Source: Lytechinus pictus
Lineage: Eukaryota
Direction of reading: 5' to 3'
Length of the DNA: 60,000 nt
Assembly: GCF_037042905.1 (NCBI RefSeq)
Contig: NC_087245.1
Span: 20,958,001-21,018,000 of the forward strand
Within the stretch, counting starts at the first letter, position 1, and every line of letters begins with the position of its first letter. The notes beneath the pieces were generated by a model. It did not search any database. It saw only the letters and a program-made list of their open reading frames with translations, and was not told the origin of the DNA. Made by a program: the position numbers and the translations under genes. This document shows positions 39,380 to 52,024 of the stretch, piece by piece.

Positions 39380-40320
39380 GAAGGCACCTGTTTAAATCCC
39401 TTCAAATCAATTTATCAATCTTGGTAAAGATGACATTTCATTGAAAGTCTCTGTATTATGCGCCACCCTCTTAGAAATTTTCATTCTGTCTGTTTTCCTA
39501 CTACCTATGGATTTAAAGTGTGTTATTGTCCCAAGACACTTGCTAGAATTCAAGTTTATTGATAGAAAAGATTGTCTCCTGTATCTCTTGGAAAGCCAGT
39601 GTCTTGCTCTTGAAGCCACCTGAAGCTCTGTCTCACTGTTGAAATACTCTTGAAGTGGTTACTTGGTGTTTGCCATGTGTTCCTTGGTGATCCTCCAGTA
39701 TTCTCTTGACAAAGCCGACAAAGAAAAACTTCCCAAGTGGATGTTCTGGGAGCATACGTAATCATCTCCCATTTCCGTTCAATATAATTGGAATGTATAG
39801 AATATATTTTGAGTGGTGCTATAGAGATTTGAATGATAAACTTCTTCCACTGATGTACAGACAATGTGCGGCAAAGGCAAATATATATTTGCCTGATTAT
39901 ACTGTGTCATTGTCCAATCCTGACATATCACCAGCCTGGGTGGAATATGTATGTTCATTCTGGTGTGGAGTCTGGAATAGTATCCAGGATGAAGCTCTTG
40001 GCAGTTTAAGTTTGTTTATTTTTCTTTGTAATTCATTTTCAGAGCACTCGGTACCTAACCACTTTTGTGTAGGCTTTCTGAAATGTATTTTTTTTTTATG
40101 TCATGTGGTTTCAATTTGTTTGCAGTTGAGTAGATATGGCCTTAGGAGATAGGTCTTTATTTACTTCTGTGACAAAGACCGGCAAGAATGCGAAATCATT
40201 CACTTTGCTGACAGCTCTTTACTATCTGTCATATTTGATAGTGTTAAAGAAATCTATCAGGATGAAAGTTAGGTTAAAAGCAAACTCCATATAGAGCAGT
40301 GCAAAAGAGGTAGAAGATAG
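39380..40320 (-). mobile_element. Decayed LINE reverse-transcriptase remnant
   Basis: Minus-strand PTQAGDM (~39922-39942; YADD-region like) and a downstream HLG motif. Many stops and frameshifts. Confidence 0.4.
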
Positions 40321-40369
40321 AAGAATTGATAGTATAAATGGGAGAGGCCTAGACGGGGTAACTCTATGA

Positions 40370-40860
40370 TATGCTTTTCACACTACACTTTCTTTCCTTA
40401 ACCCCGGGAATAAGACCCCCCCCCCCCCCCCCTTAGCCCCACCTATTTCCCGGGGTTAAGCTCAGCCCACTTCGGTTTCACACTTCGTTTTAGCAAAGTG
40501 GGCTAGCACGGTATATAGTACTGTATTATCTGGCCCTGCTAAAAAGCAGGTTTAGCCAGCTTATTGCGGTTCTAGCACCGCAATTGCAGTGCTGAGAGAT
40601 GCAGTGTGAAACAAAACTGGGCTAAGGAAAAGTGGGGCTAAGCATAAGCCAATCACAGAAGTCAAAGTTGCATTTTAAACATGCTCTGTGTGGCAAAATC
40701 ATCAATATTCATGAGGTGTGTGATAGTCCGGGTTAAAGGCGTTAACCCCGGCTAAGCAAATAGTATGGGGTTAAGAAATACAGTGTGAAACCAACAAAAA
40801 AAAAGATAGTATCGGGTTAAGGATAATGTGGGGTTAAGGGAATGCAGTGTGAAAAGCATA
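40370..40860. mobile_element. ~490-bp MITE with GGGTTAAG/GGGCTAAG internal motifs
   Basis: Perfect 15-bp TIR tatgcttttcacact / agtgtgaaaagcata. Confidence 0.85.
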
Positions 40861-42292
40861 TAATAGTACCCCTATATTCCAGTTGAGAAAAAATTATGGC
40901 ATATTCAGGTCATCTTGCTAACCATGTCAAAATATCCTATTTTCGTTGCTCATGCTTTAAACATGTAACAATTTTACGCCTATTATACTTTTATTTTCAA
41001 ATTGATAAGCTTCATTGGCATATATAAATATGTAGGAAAAGAATGCAATTTTTAGTAGACTTGCTGTTAATTTGTAGGAAGGACTTTGAGGCCCTATCAG
41101 GGTTTCTGTCTGTGTCCATTATACTTGGAGTATCATTTGAAAAGAGATATTACGCTCTGTTTGTCCATTATAATTATGTATTTTCTGCACCTTGTGAAAA
41201 GTAAATCGGTCGATATAGGTTAATCTGCAAGCCCCAAAAGTATAGTGCTTTGATCTCAACAGGTGCGTATTGGCAGAGTTAATTCGCTAGTCCTAAATCC
41301 CTGCACCTTCGAGGGGAACAACCTGTAATATTCCTTGAAAATTCAAATTACTGTTTTGCTATACCATGGATTCACAACAATCTATGTTCAAGGAATCACT
41401 TTGGAAAGACCATTGTAAACAAACCAAAATATGCTCTCAGTAAAGTATGTGATTTTAATTGTTCATATGACTGCATATTGTGCTATGATTTGGTAGATTA
41501 TGCTTTTCCCAATCTTTCGTTGCTTATTTCTTTGAACTTTGTCTACTTGTCTTTGATCTTACTGATCTCATGTGTGAGAGCCAGCAAGCTATGGTAAACA
41601 ATTCAGAAATGCTTTAACAGACACATTCTCCATGCAATGTTTTGGCTCAGATTTACATTTTATGTCAGAGGTCATCTGTTGTGACCTTAAACTTGACCCC
41701 TTAGTCTGGAGCAAGATTCTAGGGTGTTGAGGCAGAGTTAGGTTGGCAATCAAATGACTATTAGACCTATGGAGGTTATATCTAGTGCTGTTTGAGAGGG
41801 ATTCGTGGTTAATGAAACCAAAGGGTTGAATAAAGCCACATTTGTGCAGTAGCCATGTAGTCAGTGGAGTGCAGAAAGGAGGATTGGACTTCTTCATGAT
41901 TTCATTCTGTTTCTCTTTGTGATTCCTTCTTCTTTTCAAGTATGGTTGACAATATCAGCTTATTAGAAAAAAAAACTATATACACTGTCAGTCTAATTCC
42001 TTAATTCTACGTTGGTGAAACCATATATGACATTGATGCTTTATATATCTGCAGCAGAGGCAGAATTGTAGAGCTTACAATGAAGTCATATTATAAGAAT
42101 GGACTTAGCAAAGACTTCTATGGATGATGCATCAAGCACTGGAAACCACTTGGATGTGTTAACATGGATATGCATTTCTTGATCATTTGAGCTATTAAGG
42201 ATATTAACAGAGACCGTGACATAACGTTTGGATATAGCTTTGTTGTGAGTTTAACTGATCCTGATAATCAAAGATAGATTTATATAAACAAG

Positions 42293-42358
42293 ATGGGAGC
42301 AGCATACAGTGTCCGGAAAAACAGCTTTGACGATGGGCACATGAGCCGTATGGAAGCG
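42293..42358 (+). CDS. Candidate first coding exon of an unidentified host gene (MGAAYSVRKNSFDDGHMSRMEA), phase-0 intron
   Basis: Strong start context aacaagATGG, 22 open codons, MGxxxS myristoylation pattern, consensus donor GCG|GTAAGT, non-repetitive flank. Too short for the ORF track; no downstream exon identified. Confidence 0.55.
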
Positions 42359-42473
42359 GTAAGTAATAATATAACCCATTAAAAGTGTTTTTATTCTTGT
42401 CTGCACCCCCCCCCCCCCCCCGGATGCCATAAATTACAGTGCTCCTGGTTCATCTATGAGTAGAAATATGAAA

Positions 42474-42537
42474 AGCAGTAGAAGAAGTAGAAGTAGTAGT
42501 AGTAAACAGCAGTAGTAAGTAGTAGTAGTAGTAGTAG

Positions 42538-42624
<87 letters not shown>

Positions 42625-42858
42625 ATAGAAGTAGCATCAGTAGGAGCAGTAGAAGTAGTAGTAGTAATAGTAGTAGTAGTAGTAGTAGTAGTAGTATGAG
42701 TAGTAGCTCAGTAGTAGAAGCAGAAGTAGAAGTAGTAGTAGTAAAAGAAGTAGCATCAGTAGGAGCAGTAGTAGTAGTAGTAGTAGTAGTAGTATGAGTA
42801 GTAGCTCGGCAGTAGAAGCAGAAGTAGAAGTAGTAATAGAAGTAGCATCAGTAGGAGC

Positions 42859-42905
<47 letters not shown>

Positions 42906-42909
42906 CAGT

Positions 42910-42983
<74 letters not shown>

Positions 42984-43037
42984 CAATAGCAGCAGCAGCA
43001 GTAGTAGTAGTAGTAGTAGTAGGTAGTTGTAGTAATA
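42474..43037. repeat. Compound (AGT)n/(AGC)n microsatellite with higher-order duplication
   Basis: Trinucleotide runs with the recurring interruption agaagtagcatcagtaggagcag. Confidence 0.95.
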
Positions 43038-45508
43038 ATGATATCATTACTTGAAGTGGTAGATGGTATTGGTGATTAATTATTACCATCTCGGTATTTG
43101 ACAAACACCAAAATTGACAAAGCAAAAATACTTTTAAATCAGTAAAAAAAAAAATATTTGTCTTGCATTCTGAAGATTCATTGATGCTGAACAGTAAAAC
43201 CACAGTAGCTATTTGAGGGTATCTGGTGAATGTCTATACTCTCGCACATGTGAGTAAACTACACCGTTGTAATCCTATACTAGTAACGGCCAATGATTCT
43301 GATGGCGGTATACTTCACATGCCTACCGATGGATTGCACTCTGTCGAACCATCAAGCAACTGCAATATCAAGTTCATATTAATGAAAATTAATGAGATAT
43401 ACATTGATTCAACTATGCCAGCCGCTCCAGTGGATTGTTCCCTGGGAAATCTGTAGGTGTGATTTACCTGATTCACTTCATGAATTGCTGGTATACAACT
43501 TAGCTCATTGGTATTGTTAATATATAGATATTTATTCCAATAAATAATATCAAGAAAATTAACTTATGAATTGAAATTTATGATTTTGTCCTGGTAGCCT
43601 TGTAAAAAGTATTCCATTAACATGCTAGTAACAAATATGATAAACATATAAACAATAAACATATAGCAAATTTCTATGTACATAGTCAAGATAGGCATAC
43701 AAACAGGTTGGGAATAGAGGAGGCTGCTATTTTGTCCCATTTTGAGATCCGTAATGAAACTTGAGACAAAAAGGAGACAATATTACAATTTCATTTCATT
43801 ACATGTATGGAGACAATAGCAGTAGGCCTATATACCTGCTAATCAATCGACACCATTCACATGACCTGTTTGTAATACAAACTGTTTGGATATATCATGG
43901 AGCTATTAGTTTAACTTACATCATTGGAATTTGATGCATGTAAATGAGTCAAGCATAAAAACCTGTTCAGACAAAACGTAACTTATGTGTCATAGTGCCA
44001 TAATGTAGTCAGTTAGAATATATATATCACAGAAAGGGAGTATAGATTATAATGTTTGGGGTTATACAAGTTCGGATCATCTCAAATTTGGTTGGTAAGA
44101 GGATAAAACCAGTCATATAAGATATGAATCTCATTGATTTTACTTGTCTTGGATATTATTCCACTCATGATTCCATCAATTCAAGCCTAACCGCTCACGA
44201 TGGTGGTCTCCTGCGTTCATTTATTACATTATATATATATGTTTACATTTATAAAAGATTAATTTATACTCACACTCTTATTTGTATTTATCATGTAATA
44301 TGACTACATTGTTTATATTGTGAATTATTTTGTATATTGTAATTGTAAATATTTTTGTATTGTGTTTTTGAACGCAGAAATAAATGCAAGCAAACAAAAA
44401 GAGAATCGCAGAATATTTTGAAATTAGTTCATTATTTATTGATCAAACTACACTTGGCTATTTGACCATGGCAACTCCACCGCCTCATGCGATCCGAGCG
44501 CCGATCACGCAGTGGTGACATTTTTCAGACAAAAGGATTTTCACATTTGTTTTACATGTGAATTGACACCTAGGGGCCTGCAACACATAGCTTAGCAGTT
44601 AATGATTGTGCATGTTAATGATCGATTGCATTGACTACAATGTACAAATAATCATCGAAATCAATTGTACAGTTAATTGCTAACCTTTCTGTTATGGGAA
44701 TACTCTCATTTATATATTAGTGTTCATCTAAAAAAAAACTAACAGCATGCTCTTGTCCTATATTGCCAACGACTTAAAGACCCAATCATATAGCAACAAG
44801 TATTTGATGCTCTCCAAAATTATTAGTACACCTTTAATTTCAAGAGTGTGAATGAGCTGGGTAATGTTCTGGTAACTAAAGAACTGAAGTATTTTTTATG
44901 TCAGTGTTGTACCACCATCCATTGTTGATCTAACATCTTCGCTTTGAACCACGCCATGCACATCCATCTATCCACCCTGCATGCATCCTTTGACAGGAGT
45001 TTCTTCGTTACTGACTGTTCTGGGCACTCAAAACATTCTGGATACCAAACGTTATAGATATACCAAATTTCTTGTTGTGACTTGCGTCTTATAATTCATC
45101 AAACATAGTACTTCTGTGCGGTATATATATATAAAAGTGTGATAAAAATTGTTGCAATCGTAATTGCCTGTGGTTCATCTGTTTAAATTCCTGGTAGTAG
45201 ATGAATTTACCATATGTGATTTAATCAAGATATAAAAGAGGGCTTCCTGCAGGTGGACGTCTGTGTTGTGAATTTATTATGGAGGAACGCACAAAGAGGA
45301 AGAATTCAACGGTATGTTGATATTAATGGCCTGTTTCATTGAATTTGATAAATATGGAAGATATTTTTATTTACATTTTGAAATACATAAGCAGCTATTA
45401 GACTTTGTATTCTTATATAATCAGATTGATTGGAAAAAACAAGGTGCATGTAGCTTGATTACTTGCATACAGAAACCACTCAAAGTGATGATTCTTTGAG
45501 GTATCTTA

Positions 45509-45945
45509 GGGCCTTTTCACACGAGAATCTTGAATCATCATTGTGATGATGATTGCAATTTGTATTTAGAATCATCGTACCATTCACAGATTCACTGAAA
45601 ACTGATTTGAATTCAAATTCCTGAGCAAAGGCGGTAAAGTGTCCTTGGTGACTTGTCAATCAAAGCACTGCATCGCAAAAAAGAAACTACGATGAGTGCA
45701 TGACAATTGTACTATCTACAGAAGTGCTTGAAAGTCACGTAAGCTCCGCCCCCAAAAGATGTTTTGGAGGTCAACCCTTTCAGACGTAAAATTCGTACTG
45801 TACTTTGAGTAAAACTTAACTGGAATTCACCTCCGGAGTAGAATTTGAATTCGTGATTGTGCCACGTGCTGAAAATTCATCATTAGAATTATTTTCACTG
45901 GAATCATCATTCAAATTACGATTTTGGTACCTTGTACAATGGCGG
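45509..45945. mobile_element. ~440-bp Harbinger/Tourist-like MITE with TTA flanks
   Basis: TTA|gggccttttcacacgag ... ggcgg|TTA; homologous to 32934-33400 and 37543-37827. Confidence 0.85.
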
Positions 45946-46949
45946 TTAATTACCTAAGGTGCATCCATGGTTTTTCCATATGCAGGATTTTACTGTGGCT
46001 TACCTGATCCTGCATTGTTTTGTCTATGCAGAGATTAGATATCGAAAAGGAAAAGACAATGAGAGGCAATCCAGTTAAATGCCACAGCTTTATACTGATG
46101 CTGATGTTGTTATAGTTGACCCAATTACTTCAGCACAAAAACAATCCCGAGTGATGCAAACTGTTTTTTCTTTAACTCTTTGCATGCTGAATTAATTTTT
46201 GGGGGATAATAATGACAATTGTTTCCATGTTATTTTCATTAATTTAAGATTTCCATATTTCACCATTGATACTTATTATTATTATTATATAGATGTTATC
46301 CAAGAACTATTGCCTTTTATTAGCTTATCTAATTTGAAGGTAGGGGATAAAACTAATTATTACGATTGCTGAATTTAATTCTATGAATGTGTAAGATTGC
46401 AACATCAGCGCACATCATTTCATGTTTTCTTTCAACCATTTATAATACTTTCAATACTATGATAGGCCATTTTGTATTCTACAGCACCTCTTTGTAAAAA
46501 AAAAGAAGATAGATAATTGGAAAGAAATTGTTTCTGCATAAAATTGCAGCAGCAAGTATTTTTAGTATTAATAGTAGGCAGGAAGTGTCTGACTTGCTAA
46601 AAAATACAAGTTTACTTTGAAAGCTATTGCAAAACAAAGTAAACTACTGATTTTATACTCGTGTTTTGGAGGCAGCACTCTACAAGCTTTGCTTTTTTTT
46701 ATCAGCCTTCTCCATTCCAGCCTGTTAGTATGATAAATTTGACTATATATTGTAGGTAGATTTACTTCTTATATCAAGATGAATGAAACCAAACATCGTA
46801 ATTGTTAGAAGTGGAATTAAATGAAATTAAATTAAATGAAAAAAAATCATGAATTGGAAAAGTCTTTATGCATACGTGATTACTACAGTTAGACAGTTGA
46901 ATGTTGACATGAAGTGTGGCATTATGGTTTGTACAAACATTGCATGTTT

Positions 46950-47381
46950 ATTCGTCTACTGCCATTTTGTCCACTCACCACATGGTCTCGTGTCATTTCT
47001 TCTACCATCAATTGGTCCACTATCCACATCGCCCAATTACCATTTCGTCCAATTACCATTTTGTCCAATAGCCGTTTGGGCTAATAACCATTTCGTCTAT
47101 TATCATTTGGTCTAATAACCAATGTCTAATGTTAGACGAACTGATTATTGGACCTAATGGGTGGTGGACTAAATGATAATTAGATGAAATGGCAATTGGA
47201 CGAGTTGATGAGTAGAAGACGAACTGATGATTAGACAAAATGGCTCTTGGACGAAATTGTGACTGGATGAAATGGGTGGTAGACGAAATGTTGATGGACG
47301 AAATGGCATTACCGGTAGACAAAATGAAGGTACACCATGTGTTGAGTGGACAGAATGGCAGTAAACGAATTGGCAATTTAC
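46950..47381. mobile_element. Foldback MITE built of ~15-bp subrepeats (ccatttcgtctaat / attagacgaaatgg)
   Basis: 37-bp inverted ends with 3 mismatches; the subrepeat orientation flips near 47125. Confidence 0.75.
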
Positions 47382-47489
47382 TGTTCAGATACTGTTGGCT
47401 TGCATCCAATTCTCGCTACCCCAAATAGCGATTTCGCCGAGATCCGGGAAAAATCCCTGTAACGCGCATTGCATTATGGGATAGCTTTT

Positions 47490-47734
47490 TGGTATTACAA
47501 CTTCCTGTTCGGAAGTCCAATGCACTGTTTTGCCATTCAGATCAACAGTGCCGTCATCCACAACAACACAACGTCGCTTTCGCTCTGAAAGTTCGTGATC
47601 ACAACCCTCTCTTTCACGATACAGTTTAACGGCCTTTTCCGCTAAAGTCACTAATTCTGCCCGACGCTTTCCATTGCACGGTATTCCTCTGTCAGTTAAG
47701 ATTTTTTTAAGTTCCGAAACTGATTTTTATCCAT
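47490..47734 (-). pseudogene. Fragment of a SAP-domain-like transposon protein gene
   Basis: MDK-(frameshift)-SVSELKKILTDRGIPCNGKRRAELVTLAEKAVKLY... fits the SAP motif pattern (V.ELK..L..RG....G.+.EL). Truncated before the TIR. Confidence 0.55.
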
Positions 47735-48154
47735 TTTGTGGTCGATGAAAAATTGAACGGAATGAATGCTGTAGTGTATATATTTAGCGTCTAGTCGAAT
47801 ACGATCGTGATGTCAGGCCGGTCGCTAAATGCAAAATTTTAAGATATTCATTTTTCGTTTAATTTTTTTATAACCAAATAAAAACATGAATAAAAATTAT
47901 TTTCACGTGAAATATATTTTGTATTTTTGTTTATAATTCAAATGGAATCAAAACTATGAGGCGCCGAATGTACCAATATTATATAGAACAATTATTTGTT
48001 ATATAATCATTATTTATTAAATAATAACTATTATTTATATATAATTTACATTTTATTTGTAAATAACTACTATTATATAAAATATCATTTCTAATTATTT
48101 ATATATAATTCCAAGTAATACTTCATTATTTGTAAATAATAATAGTTCGACATT

Positions 48155-48484
48155 CCATTATTTATAAATAATGATTATTTGTTTTTCATTATTTATAAAT
48201 AATGATTATTTGTTTTTCATTATTTACAAATAATGATTATTTGTTTTTCATTATTTATAAATAATGATTATTTGTTTTTCATTATTTATAAATAATGATC
48301 ATTTGTTTTTCATTATTTACAAATAATGATTATTTGTTTTTCATTATTTATAAATAATAATTATTTGTTTTTCATTATACATAAATAATGATTATTTGTT
48401 TTTCATTATTTATAAATAATGATTATTTGTTTTTCATTATTTATAAATAATGATTATTTGTTTTTCATTATTTATAAATAATGA
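48155..48484 (+). repeat. 31-bp AT-rich minisatellite in the left arm
   Basis: Unit tcattatttataaataatgattatttgtttt, about 10 copies. Confidence 0.95.
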
Positions 48485-51400
48485 CACAACATACTTCATT
48501 ATTTATAAATAATGACACTACATACTTCATTATTTATAAATAATTGCAATTTTTTTTCCCGTTATTTATGAATAAGTTTTCTATTATTTATAAATAATAA
48601 TTATTTATTATCAATGCCAGTGCACATTTCTTTATTTATAAATAATTTGTTGAGTTTTCCATTATTTATAAATAATGATTATTTGTTAAATAATGAAAAC
48701 GTCTACTTCATTATTTATAAATAATTTTTTCGAGTGCACCATTATTCTCATTATTTATAAATAATCATTATTTAATGTTCGAGTTTTCCATTATTTATAA
48801 ATAAAGATTATTTGTTAAATAATGAAATATCTACTTCATTATTTATAGATAATAATTTTGTTTCAATATCCCATTATTTATAAATAATCATTATTTATAA
48901 ACAATTTTTACAATTTGCCATTATAAACAAATAATCATTATTTATATACAAATAACCATTATTTATTAAATAATGCCATTATTTATTAAATAATGGAAAA
49001 CTCGCTATAACATGCAAATGTGGGACCGCCCATGATATGAATATTCATGATGCGATTTCCTTTTTCGTGATTTTTCTTCACAAATTTTTGTCCATTTCCT
49101 CTTCATAATGACATTTCTTGAAGCAATTTTCTAGGGATATGGTCTGATTGTAATATTCTTCATTTTCTATATAACTTCGTCTTCGTAGAAATATCAAAAA
49201 GTGTAATTTTATACGATTTTTCCTACAGTTCACAATCCCCATAGGCGCGCGTGTATCGTAGGGACAACCGGTGAATCGACGGAGTGCTCTTCATCGAAAT
49301 ACTACGTTGGTTGGTCCCCGGAAGTGGCGGGCGGAATTTAGCCCGAATCCTCGATGGAAGTCGATCAAGTGCATATGAGCTGAGAGAGTGAAATATCAGT
49401 GTACTTGTACAGGCCCTTCTACTTTTTATAAATATTTCTTGTTGCTTTTTTTGTTAAGTTAATTTTTCCTGGTGTAGAGATAAGTTTCAGTTCTAATAAT
49501 GCACTTCAAATACATTTTGGAGTGTCTGTTTGAGGCGTTTGGGGCGATTTCACCCTGGCCCCAAAATGCTCGCAACGACAATACGGGGGCATGATGACCC
49601 CTAATTTTTTAAAAACTTATTTTTCTATTGAAAAGTATCACAAAATTCACCAAAAGTGTGCAGGAAAGCCTTCGTATTTCACTTTTAAAACTCCAAAAAG
49701 TGCCCAAATGACAAGCTTGGTCGCTTCGCTGTGTCGCTTTCAACTTGAGAAAGTTTTCGCGTCTGCTTCCCCCCCCCCCCCTCCTCCGAAAGAAATTCTG
49801 TATACGGCCATGCTCTAAAGAGCCTGGCACATTGATTTATGTATACTTTCATTTTCATTATTTTTATCTCATTATCAACATGGCCTTACGCATAATTTTT
49901 TCCAGGGGGACCGGGGCCGGAGCATGACGTGCGTAAACTTTCTCAAAAAAATCTTGAAAGCGAGACAGCCACGGGACCAAGCCCAAATGACAAGCTTGGT
50001 CGCTTCGCTGTCTCGCTTCCATAACTTGAGAACGTTTACGCGCGTCTGCCCCCACCCCCCGAAAGAAATTCTGTGAACGGCCATGCTCAAAAGAGCATAT
50101 GGCACATTGATTTATATGTACTTTTCATTTTCATTATTTTTATCACATTATCATCATGGCCTTACACAGAATTTTTACCGGGGGGGGGGGGGGGGGAGCA
50201 GCTAGGACGCGCGTAAAGTTTCTCAAAAAAATCTTGAAAGCGAGGTCGCTTCGCTTTTTCAAGATTTTTATAAGAAAGTTTAAGCGCGTCCTGCTCCCCC
50301 CACCACCCCCCCCCCCGGAAAAAATTCTGCGTAAGGCTATGATGATAATGAGATAAAAATAATGAAAATGAAGTATACATAAATCAATGTGCCAGGCTCT
50401 TTAGAGCATGGCCGTATACAGAATTTCTTTCGGAGGGGGGGGGGGGAAGCAGACGCGTAAACTTTCTCAAGTTGAAAGCGACACAGCGAAGCGACCAAGC
50501 TTGTCATTTGGGCACTTTTTGGAGTTTTAAAAGTGAAATACGAAGGCTTTCGTGCACACTTTTGGTGAATTTTGTGATAATTTTCAATAGAAAAATAAGT
50601 TTTTAAAAAATTAGGGGTCATCATGCCCCCGTATTGTCGTTGCGAGCATTTTGGGGCCAGGGTGAAATCGCCCCAAACGCCTCAAACAGACACTCCAAAA
50701 TGTATTTGAAGTGCATTATTAGAACTGAAACTTATCTCTACACCAGGAAAAATTAACTTAACAAAAAAAGCAACAAGAAATATTTATAAAAAGTAGAAGG
50801 GCCTGTACAAGTACACTGATATTTCACTCTCTCAGCTCATATGCACTTGATCGACTTCCATCGAGGATTCGGGCTAAATTCCGCCCGCCACTTCCGGGGA
50901 CCAACCAACGTAGTATTTCGATGAAGAGCACTCCGTCGATTCACCGGTTGTCCCTACGATACACGCGCGCCTATGGGGATTGTGAACTGTAGGAAAAATC
51001 GTATAAAATTACACTTTTTGATATTTCTACGAAGACGAAGTTATATAGAAAATGAAGAATATTACAATCAGACCATATCCCTAGAAAATTGCTTCAAGAA
51101 ATGTCATTATGAAGAGGAAATGGACAAAAATTTGTGAAGAAAAATCACGAAAAAGGAAATCGCATCATGAATATTCATATCATGGGCGGTCCCACATTTG
51201 CATGTTATAGCGAGTTTTCCATTATTTAATAAATAATGGCATTATTTAATAAATAATGGTTATTTGTATATAAATAATGATTATTTGTTTATAATGGCAA
51301 ATTGTAAAAATTGTTTATAAATAATGATTATTTATAAATAATGGGATATTGAAACAAAATTATTATTTATAAATAATGAAGTAGATATTTCATTATTTAA

Positions 51401-51725
51401 CAAATAATCTTTATTTATAAATAATGGAAAACTTGAACATTAAATAATGATTATTTATAAATAATGAGAATAATGGTGCACTCGAAAAAATTATTTATAA
51501 ATAATGAAGTAGACGTTTTCATTATTTAACAAGTAATCATTATTTATAAATAATGGAAAACTCAACAAATTATTTATAAATAAAGAAATGTGCACTGGCA
51601 TTGATAATAAATAATTATTATTTATAAATAATAGAAAACTTATTTATAAATAACGGAAAAACGAATTGCAATTATTTATAAATAATGAAGTATGTAGTGT
51701 CATTATTTAATGAAGTATGTAGTGT

Positions 51726-52024
51726 CATTATTTATAAATAATATAAAAACAAATAATCATTATTTATAAATAATGAAAAACAAATAATCATTATTTATAA
51801 ATAATGAAAAACAAATAATCATTATTTATAAATAATGAAAAACAAATAATCATTATTTGTAAATAATGAAAAACAAATAATCATTATTTATAAATAATGA
51901 AAAACAAATAATCATTATTTATAAATAATGAAAAACAAATAATCATTATTTGTAAATAATGAAAAACAAATAATCATTATTTATAAATAATGAAAAACAA
52001 ATAATCATTATTTATAAATAATGG
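51726..52024 (-). repeat. 31-bp AT-rich minisatellite in the right arm
   Basis: Reverse complement of the left-arm array. Confidence 0.95.

Noticed and set aside
42434..43203. Poly-L, poly-T/A and poly-V ORFs
   Set aside because: Translations of the AGT/AGC microsatellite.
48155..48484. CRISPR-like array of palindromic ~31-bp repeats
   Set aside because: No unique spacers, no cas genes and eukaryotic context; it is a tandem minisatellite.
49591..50624. Mirror-image ORFs MMTPNFLKTYFSIE... on both strands
   Set aside because: Consequence of the inverted repeat; short, interrupted by homopolymers and with no recognisable domain.
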